Shown: positions 37,001 through 50,073, counted from the stretch's first letter. The stretch is DNA of 64,000 nt from an uncultured virus (IMG/VR IMGVR_UViG_3300047322_001016) (IMGVR_UViG_3300047322_001016), one strand, 5' to 3'. Made by a program: numbers and translations. Notes: generated by a model not told the origin, from the sequence alone.

Positions 37001-39661
37001 AAAACCCCGTCGGTGCGCTTGAGTGGACTCGCAGCCGAGTCCGCCGCGCAGAGAGCCGCGGGAGCGGCTGGAACTCTCCCGGCCCGTGCTGTGACGGAGC
37101 AGACACAAGCTGCTGTTGCAGCTTCCAGAGTGGAGGCCGAGGCAGCGCAGAAGGTGGTGTTGGCGGAAGGAGAGAAAACCGCTGCGATCGACAAGGTGAC
37201 GCTCGCATACGGGGAACAGGGCGCGGCGGCGGCGGCGGCGGGCCTGGAAGAGGTAGCGGCCGCCGACAAGGTAACGCGCGCTCAGCGTATCGCCAACGCT
37301 GCCACCAGTCGGGCCGGGCAGAACAAGGGACTTACGGCAGGAATCGCGGCTAGCGTGGCGGGAGGCCTTATCGGAGGAAGGGGGGGAAGTCTTCTTGCGG
37401 CGGCCGGAACGGGAGCGGCTCTCGGAAGCTTCATTCCGGGGGTAGGGACCGCGGTTGGAGCGGCGGTTGGAGCAGCGGCATTCACTGGCATCGATCTTTT
37501 TAAGCAGGTGAAGGGCTCTGAGAATAAAGCTCGAGAAAACTTTAAGACTCATTTCGATTCTTTGACGTTCTCCCAGCAGCAGATTTTCCTTCGAATTAAC
37601 GGACTGGCAGCTCCTGGAGCTATCACGTCAAACAGTTTTATCAGGGATGCTTTGAAAGGGCTAGTCATTAAAAAGGATCCTTTGCTTGCGTCGTTCCGTC
37701 AGGATCTCGGGGACAACACGGCTGCTTCAGAAGCGGCGGCGGCAGATAAAGCACGGAAAGACGCAGAGAAGGTTGTCGTAAGCCTCATTTTCGCTGGAGG
37801 TACGGTCGATCAGCTCGCTGCGGCAAGGAAAGACCTGGCCGACAAAATCAAGGCCGCGAACGAAGCTGACCAAAAGAATGCTGTCGCGTCAACGAACTTC
37901 TTTAATCGTGGCGACAATCTCACGAAGGGGGCGGCTGCTCAGTTTGCCGATCTCACAAGGCAGTTCAAGCCGGTGTTGCTTCCCAGGCCGTCGATCTTGC
38001 TTCCTCAGCAGACGGCCCCGCTGGGCGTCGGCCAGTCGATTGTGAGGGCGAGCGCGACGACGTTCCAGCTCAAAGACATTAACCAGATCACGAGCAAGTC
38101 GGATCTGAACGACAAAGCAATAATCAAGGCGATCCAAGACTTCATTGCGAAGAAGAAGGGGAACGCGCTCCAGATCCAGTTGGCCACGGCAGCCCTTCAG
38201 AGGGAAAGGGATCGCCAGGCGTTCAACTTCGGAGCTTTGGTACCGCAAGCACAGGACCCCGTGGTGGCTGCGATCCTGAACGGAGCACAGCGCTTGGGGC
38301 AGGTGAACGCCGCCGAGCAGAACGCTCTCAAGGTTCTCCAGGCGCAGTTGGACGGCAACGATGCGCTCGTCACTCGGTTCCTGAACCAGGCAATCGGGAT
38401 TGCCCACCGCACCACAGCGCGGCTGCAGGCCGCTCTTGAAGCGGCCAAGGAAACAGGGAATGGCCCCGCGATCCAGAAGGCGGCAGAAGCCCTGGCGCAG
38501 GGGCGGCAGGCCGAGCTAAACGCGATCCAGGCCGCCAACCAGAACCTGGCCGCGCAGGCGTCCGGCTTCGACGCGGCCGGGGCGGCGCAGACACAGCTTG
38601 CCGCTTCAGATGCGCAAAGAACGAAAACACGGGCGGATGACCTCGCGGCGGCGCAGGCGACGACGGCTCGAGACGAGAAGCGGCTGACGGTCATCGAAAA
38701 CCAGAATTTCCATTTCGCCAAGGATCGCAGGGCAGCTATTGCGGCTCAGCGGGTTGTGATCTCCCAGGACAGGAACGCCGAGCAAACGATCCGCGACCAG
38801 ATCGCTTCCGACAACCAAGCGGCGGCCGACAAGGCGAAGCAGGCTGCCGCCGACGCTGCGCAGTTCCAGGAGAACGAGCTGCGGGTCGCCGCCGACGCTG
38901 CCGGGAACACGGGCAAGGCCGAGCAAAGGCTGATCGACTTCCTGAAGCTGCGCGTCAGCCAGGCTAAGGCCCACACCCTTGAGCGGCAGTCGCTTGAGGC
39001 CGACCTTCGCGGGGAGCAGCAGAAGCAGGCGGCGGCGATCCAGGCTGTGGCGCAGGCGTCGACTGATCTCACGAACGCGCGGCTCGCGACGCAGCTCGCC
39101 CGGGCGCAGGCCACACCGGGCACGGCGGACGACAAGAGGGCGTTCCAGGCTCAGATCAACTTCAACACGTCGCTGATCGCCGGGCTCAGGGCAGAGGAAA
39201 CGTCGGTGAAGAGAACGTCTGCTGCCTACAAGGAGAAGGAGGTCGCGGTCCAGAACCTGATCCAGGCGAACATCGGTTTGCAGCAGTCGATCAAAGGTCT
39301 CAACGACCAGAGCAGCGGGTTCTCGCTCCAGGACTTCTTCAAGGCAGGCCAGGACCAGTTCAACCAGTTCGCGTCGAACGTGAGCTCGTCCGTCACCACT
39401 TCCGGCGGGCTGCGGGCGGCTTTGGCTGGCGCGTCTTTGTCGCTGAACCCGAAGATGTCGGAAGCGGACAGGGAGAAGCTGGTGGAAGCGTCGAAAACGA
39501 ACGTCTTGCTCCAAGACATTCTTGACGTCCTGCAGCAGAACGGACAGGTGCCGAAACAAACAACCGTTTCCGACACTGGCTGGCTGTCCCAGTTCGACCA
39601 TGTCACAGCCAGCGACGTCAAGAACGCGCGGCAAATCGGCCGACACGTAAGGACAAGGTGA
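34028..39661 (+). CDS. Tape measure protein (probable ACG start at 34028; first canonical start TTG 34091)
   Basis: ~1870 aa, Ala-rich helical; TP901-type core (AKAGL, GSDAGTSLRTLL, IFGQDAIRG); conserved N-terminal ISQAFVQVRPD lies upstream of 34091. Confidence 0.9.
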   Translation, partial: TSLISQAFVQVRPDLSTFNEELRTKLTAALKVNVADRTLLVRVALEGGKTGVLESLQAQMPKTPLNVLVRPVLVDGAAAELRNEIGLVPVEVTLVGGQAAKRAAANIASVAAPAVGGTVAGDTAAQAQLAAQRAAAQRAAREAAAAVVGNPDADRLVLEATTALAGATGDLEAATKALTLANEALQASETELNAATTEGNKNRIARAELTHDAAAATQEQAQVDRDAALAAKSSADAQAAATERVAKVQTAVAAAKEKVTAASITNVNALELETAAASAASLAQAELTKAQNAGQAAAAEQIAALKVEALQLKELIDAQLGLTEVSGLTAGVSTAGRAGGTDLAKKQLELSAAKKADAEATKVLEAAQRSGDAETIKAADLASQATRNLVAQTEAKVADLRVDEARGPVQARLAAINSLVTKANDPTLSLASRATAATQAQNLATKSVEEFAVAEKGASAADKDRLATLAGTTAALKEQTVAQNQASIAAAKAAESLRASAASSSQFRAQAERGAAATGATFLGLRGAVLSASTGFLLATVAVTGLSKIVATAEELQHSLNVFQSVSGATNDQLIQVDATARTLGADLTLPATSATDAAHAMTTLAKAGLSVSQSMAAAKGVLQLAAAAQIDVGTSADIVATELNAFGLAGDQATRVVDLLAGASIAAQGDISDFALAFQQSSAVAHEVGLSVEQTTAILTQFAKAGLHGSDAGTSLRTLLLRLVPTTKAAADAQAELGISINRNIPIGKQFSSLVDQYSKALARLGPIAQQEVLTKIFGQDAIRGASLTLTQGAAALAQVQATVSKSGQAAEITKGQTEGLGGSVEGLKSEVQTLSATIGSQFLPVLDATAHTIASIASNANTAVTELNKLSSLTIKPIANVFGGVNTFVPVAVAAAAGATLRSLNSGRAAKALNEQVEKTVVSVNQALAKGSITQDEVNALWKVIGISAEDAGAIQLRVTAEGKAGFDKQVVSMKSVLATQEELAAAAAKTPSVRLSGLAAESAAQRAAGAAGTLPARAVTEQTQAAVAASRVEAEAAQKVVLAEGEKTAAIDKVTLAYGEQGAAAAAAGLEEVAAADKVTRAQRIANAATSRAGQNKGLTAGIAASVAGGLIGGRGGSLLAAAGTGAALGSFIPGVGTAVGAAVGAAAFTGIDLFKQVKGSENKARENFKTHFDSLTFSQQQIFLRINGLAAPGAITSNSFIRDALKGLVIKKDPLLASFRQDLGDNTAASEAAAADKARKDAEKVVVSLIFAGGTVDQLAAARKDLADKIKAANEADQKNAVASTNFFNRGDNLTKGAAAQFADLTRQFKPVLLPRPSILLPQQTAPLGVGQSIVRASATTFQLKDINQITSKSDLNDKAIIKAIQDFIAKKKGNALQIQLATAALQRERDRQAFNFGALVPQAQDPVVAAILNGAQRLGQVNAAEQNALKVLQAQLDGNDALVTRFLNQAIGIAHRTTARLQAALEAAKETGNGPAIQKAAEALAQGRQAELNAIQAANQNLAAQASGFDAAGAAQTQLAASDAQRTKTRADDLAAAQATTARDEKRLTVIENQNFHFAKDRRAAIAAQRVVISQDRNAEQTIRDQIASDNQAAADKAKQAAADAAQFQENELRVAADAAGNTGKAEQRLIDFLKLRVSQAKAHTLERQSLEADLRGEQQKQAAAIQAVAQASTDLTNARLATQLARAQATPGTADDKRAFQAQINFNTSLIAGLRAEETSVKRTSAAYKEKEVAVQNLIQANIGLQQSIKGLNDQSSGFSLQDFFKAGQDQFNQFASNVSSSVTTSGGLRAALAGASLSLNPKMSEADREKLVEASKTNVLLQDILDVLQQNGQVPKQTTVSDTGWLSQFDHVTASDVKNARQIGRHVRTR

Positions 39662-39667
39662 TCAAGG

Positions 39668-40543
39668 GTGCCCATCGCCGACTGGACAGTTCCGTTCGAG
39701 CTTACGTCCGCTCCTTACGCGGGGGCGACCAGGCTCCCGATCAACACCACCACAACATTCAACTCAGGCACAGGCATCTACCTGCTCGACTCGTCCAACT
39801 GCTCTCTCACCAACGTCGTGCGGCAGACGAAAGACTACGTGCCCCAGGAAGACGGAGCGATTCTGCACCGCCGCTTCACAGGCGGCATGGAAATGGCGTT
39901 GTCCATCCAGTTTTGGCAGGACACGAACCACATCGCCTGCGACGAGCTGCTGCAAGAAATGATGGACGACCTGATGGGATATTTGTACGGGCTGATCAAC
40001 GCCGGCGACAACCAAGGGCGGATCGCATGGACACCAGACGGCGACTCGAGCCCGATCTCGACCTGGCGAATGCTGGACGACATCCGCCTTCTCTCCTACC
40101 CCGAAGGAAGCCAACAGGCCGGGAATCCCTTTGAATTGAAAGTGACGATCGACTGCGAGCTGCCCTACGCCGAGGACCTGTCCGAGGTCACAACCGCCCC
40201 CAACACATTCCCCACGCTGCCTGCGACGGTGACGAACTACGGGAACCGGCCGACCTATCCCGTCTTCCAGGTATATGGGTCGTCGTGGACGATCGTCAAC
40301 ACGACGACTTCCAAGAGCATCATCTTCAGCGACGCCGGTCTCCCGACTCCGGTGGGCGGCGGGTACGTCGAGATCAACACGTTCCGAAACACCGCCTTCC
40401 TGAACGGGAATGGGGCGAACATGCTCCCAGGAATCGACGTCCAAAACAGCGAGTTCTTCACTTTGATCCCGGGAGCAAATGCCATCAACCCCGTCGGGGC
40501 AGGCGCCGCGAGTCTCGTAAAAGTGAATGGGGCTTGGGCGTAG
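39668..40543 (+). CDS. Distal tail protein (Dit-like)
   Basis: Directly after the TMP; LPYA, NYGNRPTYP and FFTLIPGAN motifs. Confidence 0.7.
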   Translation: MPIADWTVPFELTSAPYAGATRLPINTTTTFNSGTGIYLLDSSNCSLTNVVRQTKDYVPQEDGAILHRRFTGGMEMALSIQFWQDTNHIACDELLQEMMDDLMGYLYGLINAGDNQGRIAWTPDGDSSPISTWRMLDDIRLLSYPEGSQQAGNPFELKVTIDCELPYAEDLSEVTTAPNTFPTLPATVTNYGNRPTYPVFQVYGSSWTIVNTTTSKSIIFSDAGLPTPVGGGYVEINTFRNTAFLNGNGANMLPGIDVQNSEFFTLIPGANAINPVGAGAASLVKVNGAWA

Positions 40544-40544
40544 A

Positions 40545-41932
40545 ATGACCGCCCAGGTATCCCCGCTTTGGAGGTTTGTGGTCACCACACTCGGTGGCGC
40601 GGCCCTGACCTATCTCGATCACCTTGCTTCGGACAAGCAGATTACGCCGAAGCTGGGTGAAGCTCTCGAGGTGACGTTGACCGTCCCTTCGGACAACAGC
40701 CAGGTGAACACTCTTCACACGGACGGGTTTCCGTTTGTGGCCGAGGGTGTGCGTCAGTTGATTGGTTTCAGACAGGGCCTTTCTGGCGCTTATTCCTGCA
40801 AGGCGGCTTGTTTGATCATGCAGGTTTCGGATGCGTCGGGGACGGGAGACGCTCGCACGACGGTAACGGCCTGGGATCCGTGGCGCTATCTCTTCAGCGT
40901 CCCCGTTTTTCAGTCGTCCGCTGCGACTGTCGGCAAGGACGGGCCTGCGGGCACGAACGGGGCACTGATCGACAAGGACAACATCTACTACCCGTCGTCG
41001 ATGGGAGCGAACGAAGTCATTTTCGACATTCTCGTGACGACGATCGCGTTCATGAGTGGGACGGCCCCGAACGCGGCGCAGGCGCTTTTCCTGGACATCA
41101 CGAGTGGGACGATCGAGACGTGCCCTGCTCCTGCTTACGGAAGCGCTACGCCTGAGGGCCAGTGGGAGATCCAGCAGGGAACGTCCGTCGGGCAGGCGTT
41201 GCAGGACATCGTCGCGAGCGGCGCCTGCGACATCGTTCTCTCCCCGATCTACGACACCGTCCGCCCGGGAATTCTCTGCGAGCTCAATATCTACGCGGAA
41301 GGCCTTGGCGGGAATGGAGCTGGCACCTACAGGCCGGGAGCATTCTTTTCTTGGGATATGCCAGGGAGATCACTCGTGGGCGTCGAGAACCTTTACGACG
41401 GCACGGAGCGTGCGAACCACATCCAGTACTACTACGGCCAAGGTGGGCCACCCGCCACGTCGCAGATCGACTCCAGCTCGATCGCGGTCTATGGCGAGTA
41501 CTGGGCGCAGCAGTTCTGGCCGGGGAACAAGATCAAGCCTGCCGTCGAAGTGATCGCAGCAAACCAGCTTAGTCTGCGCTCCACCTACAAGGAAACGCTC
41601 ACCGTTCACCCGGCCCCCGAGCGGTCGCCAGAGCCTTTCGTCGATTACTACATCGGTGACCGCGTCCCGGTCTACGTCTCTGACAACATGCGCCAGCAGC
41701 TTCCTCCTGCCGGAGATATTGATCGGGTCTGGCAGCGGGTCTACGGGATCCCCGTCCAGATCGACGACAACGGCGTCGAAACGGTCACCGAGCTTCTCGT
41801 CGGCCCGGTTGGCCCTGCTCCGCCGGTGACCTTGGCAGGGGTCAACCAAGGCCTCAACAGCCAGACCTCGATCCCCACGAGGGCGTCGATTCCTCAAAGG
41901 GGCGGCAGTGTCCAGGCCGTAAGGGGCGGCTG

Positions 41933-41933
<1 letters not shown>
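40545..41933 (+). CDS. Baseplate hub / minor tail protein
   Basis: Position after Dit; DYYIGDRV and RVYGI C-terminal motifs. Confidence 0.7.
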
Positions 41934-44670
<2,737 letters not shown>

Positions 44671-45819
44671 GTGGCTGTCGTTCTGATCGAAGGCTTCGAC
44701 AACTATCCAGCCGACGGATGGTCCGGCGAGGATCTGACATCGTTCGGGGCGGGCAATCCATCCGGTAGCGGGCAGGTCAGCCCTCGAGTGGGCAACGGGA
44801 AGGGTTGGCAGGTCTCGATTGGTTCGGGCGGCGTCAGTACCTCCGCGTACCGATACCGCAAGGTACTGCCCTCCACATATTCGACCCTGATTGCCGGATT
44901 CGCCCTGCTGAGGGTCAACTCCCGGACGGACACCGACGTGATCTCGTTCAGCCAGACGGGCGGGACCAGCATCCTCTCGATGAGGCTCGACAGCAACACG
45001 GCCCCATACCTGTTTTCCAACGCGGGCGGCGGCGTCACCAAGACATTGGACGTGGCGGGCTTCCAGGCGCTTGGCGGATGGAACTACTACGAGATCAAGG
45101 TCGTGATCGCCGGAGGCTCTTCGACGGTCGAGATGTGGATCAACGGCGTCCGCCAGATCGCGCCCGCGACGCTGAACTGCGGCAGCACGAACATCGGATC
45201 GTTCGCGATCCAGTCGGCGGGCGGCGGCGGCAGCCTGTCCAACCAGTTCGATGACATCTACTGCGCCGACACGACCGGCCCCGCTCCACGCAACACGTTC
45301 CTCGGTGACTGCCGTGTCCAGACGATCTACCCAACGGCCGCGGGCAACTCGACGACATGGACCCCGAACACGGCCACGAACTGGCAGGACGTGAAGGAGC
45401 CATTCGTTCCTGACAATGACACGACCTACGTGTCGTCATCGACCCCCGGCGCCGTCGATACTTACACCACCGGCGACTTGGACGCTCTCACCGGAACGAT
45501 CTTCGGTGTCCAGGTGAACGTTTATGCGCGCAAGGATGACGCCGGGACCAGAATCGTCGCGCCTGTGATCCGCCAAGGCGGCACCGACTACGTGGGCAGC
45601 AACATCGGCCTCACTACCACGTATGCGAGCAGCCGCCAGATCTACCAGCAAGACCCGACGGGTGCCGACTGGACTATCGCAAATGTCAACGCGGACGAGT
45701 TCGGAGTGAAGATGGTTGCTCCGTTCATAGCGCGGCCGATCAATATCGCTCTCGCTCCCGCCCTCGCTACGCGGGCACGACGCAAGACAAAATCATTCCT
45801 ACCCCAGGTGGTTCTCTAA
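44671..45819 (+). CDS. Lectin-like virion protein ending in a giant-protein-type repeat
   Basis: LIEGFD start, WNYYEIKV, DDIY, FLGDCRV; C-term APFIARPINIALAPALATRARRKTKSFLPQVVL. Confidence 0.65.
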   Translation: MAVVLIEGFDNYPADGWSGEDLTSFGAGNPSGSGQVSPRVGNGKGWQVSIGSGGVSTSAYRYRKVLPSTYSTLIAGFALLRVNSRTDTDVISFSQTGGTSILSMRLDSNTAPYLFSNAGGGVTKTLDVAGFQALGGWNYYEIKVVIAGGSSTVEMWINGVRQIAPATLNCGSTNIGSFAIQSAGGGGSLSNQFDDIYCADTTGPAPRNTFLGDCRVQTIYPTAAGNSTTWTPNTATNWQDVKEPFVPDNDTTYVSSSTPGAVDTYTTGDLDALTGTIFGVQVNVYARKDDAGTRIVAPVIRQGGTDYVGSNIGLTTTYASSRQIYQQDPTGADWTIANVNADEFGVKMVAPFIARPINIALAPALATRARRKTKSFLPQVVL

Positions 45820-45962
45820 TGGCTATCCGTACGACACAGGTCGCAGTTGAGGTACTCGTCAATAGCAGCTCGGTAGTAGCCCGCACAACACAGGTCGCGG
45901 CCGAAGTATTGATTCAAGCACCCAAGAAAACCGCCACCGCAACGGTGTTCTTCCCCGCCTGA
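45819..45962 (+). CDS. 47-aa peptide with internal RTTQVAxEVL repeat
   Basis: TAATG-coupled start; below the ORF-track size cut-off. Confidence 0.55.
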   Translation: MAIRTTQVAVEVLVNSSSVVARTTQVAAEVLIQAPKKTATATVFFPA

Positions 45963-45963
45963 C

Positions 45964-46068
45964 ATGCTGATTCGCTCCGGATACATCGATCTCGTTCGAC
46001 CGCAAGGAAACAGCGGCGCGGGTGTCCCTGGTGGGTTCCGCATCGTTGTGTACGGTGACTTCTCGTGA
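45964..46068 (+). CDS. 34-aa peptide MLIRSGYID...IVVYGDFS
   Basis: Fills the gap; stop overlaps the GTG at 46065. Confidence 0.4.
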   Translation: MLIRSGYIDLVRPQGNSGAGVPGGFRIVVYGDFS

Positions 46069-47612
46069 GCGCCTACTCGAGTTTTAGTCAGCGCGGACTG
46101 CAGGGGCCGACCGGGCCAACCGGGCCGGCTGGTTCGGCTGGGAACGCGATCGCTCAGTCCGCGCATGGCCTCGCGGTACAGGACATCGTCCGGTTCAACG
46201 GCTCTGCGTACGTGAAAGCGAAGGCCGACTCAGGCAACAACGCGGAGGTCATCGGGATCGTCAGCGCGGTCGCGGACGCGAACAACTTCACGCTTCTCGC
46301 GTCGGGGCATGTGACGGGCCTCTCCGGCCTGACGTCCGGGAACGTGTATTACCTGTCGGACGCGACCGCCGGATTACTGACGACGACGGAGCCGACGGCG
46401 GTCGGCTCGGTGTCGAAGCCACTTCTGATCGCGGACGCGACGACGTCGGGGTGGTTCTACGACTGGCGCGGAAAAATCATTCCGACGCCCGTGACGGACG
46501 GCGGGCAGATTGATTACGTCGAGCGTACGACTGACCTAACGGCGGGGGGAGAGACGGACTGGATCGTCGGAAACCCTGTCACCTACGACGGAGCAACGCG
46601 CATCAGGATCGAGATGTTCGCGTCGGCCGTAGACCTCGATAGCACTGGCGGCGTCGTGTTCAGGCTATACGACGGGGTCACAGTGATCAATCGTCTGGCG
46701 GATGTTCGCGGAAGTGCGTTTGGACAGGACGCCATCGCGTATGGCTCGTGCTTCCTGACGCCATCAGCGGGGTCGCACACCTACAAGATCACTGCGACAC
46801 TAGCGGGAACTGGCACGCAGGTCGTCCACGCTGGGGCGGCTGGCGGCGGCGCGGGTACCTACGTTCCCGCGTTCATGCGGATCAGCAACTCGGTCGCATC
46901 GGGGTCGGGCGTCTCCGGGACGGCAGGGTGGGTGGGGGCGCAGGAGACGTGGACGTATTCGTCCGTCGACGGCCCCACCGGCGTGTTCACGGCCCCCGGG
47001 GACCTGACGGGTACCTACTCGCCGGGGATGCGGATCAAGCTGACGCAGACGACGGTGAAGTACTTCATCGTGACGGCCGTTGCGTTCTCGTCGGGCACGA
47101 CGACGATCACGGTGTACGGCGGAACCGACTACACGCTCGCGAACGCCGCGATCACGTCGCCGTTCTACTCGACCGCCAAGGTGCCCGCGGGATTCAACGC
47201 GAACCCGGCGAAGTGGACGGAGTCGTACTCGTCGTCCGCTGACATTCGGCAGTCGAGTCCTGTTCAGAACATTTGGTACAACGGTGGCCCCGCCAAGCTC
47301 GACATCCCAATCGGAGCGTGGAACGTCCGCTATAGCGGGTGTTTTTCGTTCAACGTGTCGGGAGGATCCTATGGGGAGTCGACACTCTCGACAGCTAATA
47401 ACTCTCAGTCCGATTCGAGTTGGACTGTTGCCCCCTATATCGACGGCGTCAGCAACGCAAACATCCCTGTCGACAAGGCGGGGAATATCGCGGTGTCGTC
47501 CAAGACGACCCACTACCTCAACGCTCGCGTAATCGACGCTGGAGCTGGTTCCGTTGGCTACTACGGGGTTGCACAGCCGACGATCATCCGGGCGGTGTGC
47601 GCCTACCTATGA
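46065..47612 (+). CDS. Tail fibre / receptor-binding protein
   Basis: Short GPT run; [21 protein letters not shown] domain shared with 42130..44670; YSPGMRIKLTQ domain. Confidence 0.7.
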   Translation: MSAYSSFSQRGLQGPTGPTGPAGSAGNAIAQSAHGLAVQDIVRFNGSAYVKAKADSGNNAEVIGIVSAVADANNFTLLASGHVTGLSGLTSGNVYYLSDATAGLLTTTEPTAVGSVSKPLLIADATTSGWFYDWRGKIIPTPVTDGGQIDYVERTTDLTAGGETDWIVGNPVTYDGATRIRIEMFASAVDLDSTGGVVFRLYDGVTVINRLADVRGSAFGQDAIAYGSCFLTPSAGSHTYKITATLAGTGTQVVHAGAAGGGAGTYVPAFMRISNSVASGSGVSGTAGWVGAQETWTYSSVDGPTGVFTAPGDLTGTYSPGMRIKLTQTTVKYFIVTAVAFSSGTTTITVYGGTDYTLANAAITSPFYSTAKVPAGFNANPAKWTESYSSSADIRQSSPVQNIWYNGGPAKLDIPIGAWNVRYSGCFSFNVSGGSYGESTLSTANNSQSDSSWTVAPYIDGVSNANIPVDKAGNIAVSSKTTHYLNARVIDAGAGSVGYYGVAQPTIIRAVCAYL

Positions 47613-48820
47613 CCGCGTCAGCTTTCACCGTCGGCGGCGGCGCGACCCCGGCCATCGTCTACTCAGCGCGTTCCTCGAACACGATCCTCGGTACGGGCGA
47701 CGTCTCACACGTGATCGCTGCGACGGCATCCTTCACCCAAACGATTACGGCCGCCGCAACACTCGGGGCGGGGTGGTGGTGCTTCCTGAAGAACGACACC
47801 GCAGACGGAACAACGGTGCTGACGGTTGATCCGAACGGCTCCGAAACGATCGACGGGCTCACCACCATCAAGATGTACTCGGGTGAAATGAGGTTGCTCG
47901 AGTGCAACGGCTCGAACTTCACCAGCCAACTCATCGAAGGCGGCTACGCACTTTTCACCACCAGCGGAACTTTCGTGGTTCCTGCCGGGGCGACTCAGGT
48001 CGAACGAGATCTTGTTGGCGCTGGCGGTGGTGGTGGAGGCAGTGCTGGCGGCGGTAACTATGGTGGTGGCGGCGGTGGGGGCGGCGGCAGAATCCGTCGC
48101 GTCTCCACACCTATGTCTGTTTTGGGAGCCGCAGGTGCTTCTGTCTCTGTGACCGTGGGGGCAGGCGGTGCAGGCGGGGCAAACGGCGACGGCACCGTGG
48201 GGCCAAACTCGATCATCGGCGAGCTCACAGCCGGGGGCGGGGGCGGGGGCGGGGCAGCTACCTATGGAGGATCGGGCGGCGGGCTCGGGGAAGCCGGGGG
48301 CACGGCTGCAGCGTCACAGCGGGGCGGCGGCAATCCAACTGCTGGAGTTGGGGGAATCTACCAAGCTATGGGCGGCGGTGCCACTAGCGGCAACGGCACT
48401 TATGGGGTTGACGGTGGCGGTGCGGGCGGATTCCCGGAGCGCCACAATCTCGCCTATAGCGGCGGGATCTCGATCTATGGTGGTGGCGGCGGCGGTGCGG
48501 GGAGCGGGAACTATGTCGGCGATGCCGGCGGCGGCGGAGACGGTGGCAAGGCCGGCGGATTCAACGGTGGCACCGGCGGATCCGGCGGCGGCGGGGCGGG
48601 ACAGCCCAACGCCGGTGGTTCTGGCTCTGCTACTGCTGGGGCCGATGGCACCGGTGATTACTGCGGAGCTGGCGGCGGGGGTGGCTTCGGGGGAGGGACG
48701 AATGGCGTGGGTGCCCACGGGGGCTTTCCCGGCGGTGGCGGTGGCGGAGCTGGAGCGGGTAATCTCGGTCGGGCTGGCGGTGCCGGCGGTGGCGGACGAG
48801 TCCAGGTTTGGTACTCCTGA
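47609..48820 (+). CDS. Glycine-rich tail fibre protein
   Basis: PNGSETIDG motif, FTTSGTFVVP followed by extensive polyGly repeats. Confidence 0.75.
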   Translation: MTASAFTVGGGATPAIVYSARSSNTILGTGDVSHVIAATASFTQTITAAATLGAGWWCFLKNDTADGTTVLTVDPNGSETIDGLTTIKMYSGEMRLLECNGSNFTSQLIEGGYALFTTSGTFVVPAGATQVERDLVGAGGGGGGSAGGGNYGGGGGGGGGRIRRVSTPMSVLGAAGASVSVTVGAGGAGGANGDGTVGPNSIIGELTAGGGGGGGAATYGGSGGGLGEAGGTAAASQRGGGNPTAGVGGIYQAMGGGATSGNGTYGVDGGGAGGFPERHNLAYSGGISIYGGGGGGAGSGNYVGDAGGGGDGGKAGGFNGGTGGSGGGGAGQPNAGGSGSATAGADGTGDYCGAGGGGGFGGGTNGVGAHGGFPGGGGGGAGAGNLGRAGGAGGGGRVQVWYS

Positions 48821-50067
48821 TGCTGTTCCGCTCTGGCTATGACTCACTTACCTACCCTTCGGGCGGTAACCCGCACCAGTCGATCACTGGAATCTGTTTC
48901 GAACCGAAGGCGCTCTTCATCTTCATTCCCCCCTCCGGGTCGGCGGGCTCTTTTAGTAGCGCTGGAGGTTTTAGGCCGCCGAGGGCGTACTACTACACGA
49001 GCTTCGTGGGGGAACTCGGGAGTGATTGGGGGCAGAGGTCGCACTGGTCAGCCGGAGATGTTGCGTTCGACGAAGAAGAAGGAAACAAGCTCGGCTGGGG
49101 AGCGGGTCTTGACGCCAATCTTGTCTCATTTGACCCGTCCGGTTTTACGCTGAACCTGCGTTTCTTCGGAACGTACAACTTCTTCTGGATGGCCTGGGGT
49201 GGCGACAACCTCGAGGCCTGGGTTGGTTCGTTTCCGGTCCCAGCCGGAGACACGTCCCCGATCTCGGTTACGGGCGTCGGGTTTAAGCCGGATTTCCTTT
49301 TCTGCAACACCGGGGCCGACGAGAACACAATCGCTGCTTCGCTCAGTTTTGGAATGGCTTCGTCTCCTTCCGAGCAGGCGAGCATGGCCGGTTCGATGGG
49401 TGTGTTCGGCTACGCCAAGCACACACTTCTCGATGGCTACTTGGTTTGTCCTCGAGACCAGGCGGCGGGCGGAAACACGTGCTATTACCAGGCCCAGCTT
49501 GCGTCGTTCGACCCGGACGGATTCACCGTCAATGTTCCTTTGAATGCCGGTAGCGGGGGCAACTCTGTTCACTATCTTGCGATCAGGGATCCGGACGCAC
49601 AGTTCAAGGTCGGTGTCGAAACTCAGAAGACGTCAACGGGAACGAAGTCGACATCGGCGGCGGGATTTCGGCCGGGCGGCGGCATGTTTCTTGGCTCCTA
49701 TAAAACGGTCGACAACGATCTGACCTACGCTGCGTCTCCGGGCAGTACGCCGATGTTCTCGATCGGGGTCGCCGACGGCATCGTCAACCAGTCCTGCGAG
49801 ACGGAGTTCAACACGCCCGGGGGCTTCGGCGGCCACGAGCAGAACTCGTACTCTGATGTCGGCTGCGTGTTGGCGGTCGGAAGCACTCCCGTCCCGTTGC
49901 TGCTCGCGCGCGGCGAGCTCAGTAGTTGGGACAGCGACGGCTTCACGCTCGACTGGACGGCGTCGGATGGCGTCGCTCGCTATTTCATCTATGGGGTTTT
50001 TTCGACCGAGCTCATCAACCCATGCGACAAGCCTGTCTACTCTTTCGATATTGAGTATCCGCGGTAG
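48820..50067 (+). CDS. Minor tail / virion protein with internal triplication
   Basis: Three repeats of (G)FxP...SFDxDGFT. Confidence 0.6.
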   Translation: MLFRSGYDSLTYPSGGNPHQSITGICFEPKALFIFIPPSGSAGSFSSAGGFRPPRAYYYTSFVGELGSDWGQRSHWSAGDVAFDEEEGNKLGWGAGLDANLVSFDPSGFTLNLRFFGTYNFFWMAWGGDNLEAWVGSFPVPAGDTSPISVTGVGFKPDFLFCNTGADENTIAASLSFGMASSPSEQASMAGSMGVFGYAKHTLLDGYLVCPRDQAAGGNTCYYQAQLASFDPDGFTVNVPLNAGSGGNSVHYLAIRDPDAQFKVGVETQKTSTGTKSTSAAGFRPGGGMFLGSYKTVDNDLTYAASPGSTPMFSIGVADGIVNQSCETEFNTPGGFGGHEQNSYSDVGCVLAVGSTPVPLLLARGELSSWDSDGFTLDWTASDGVARYFIYGVFSTELINPCDKPVYSFDIEYPR

Positions 50068-50073
50068 CGACCG

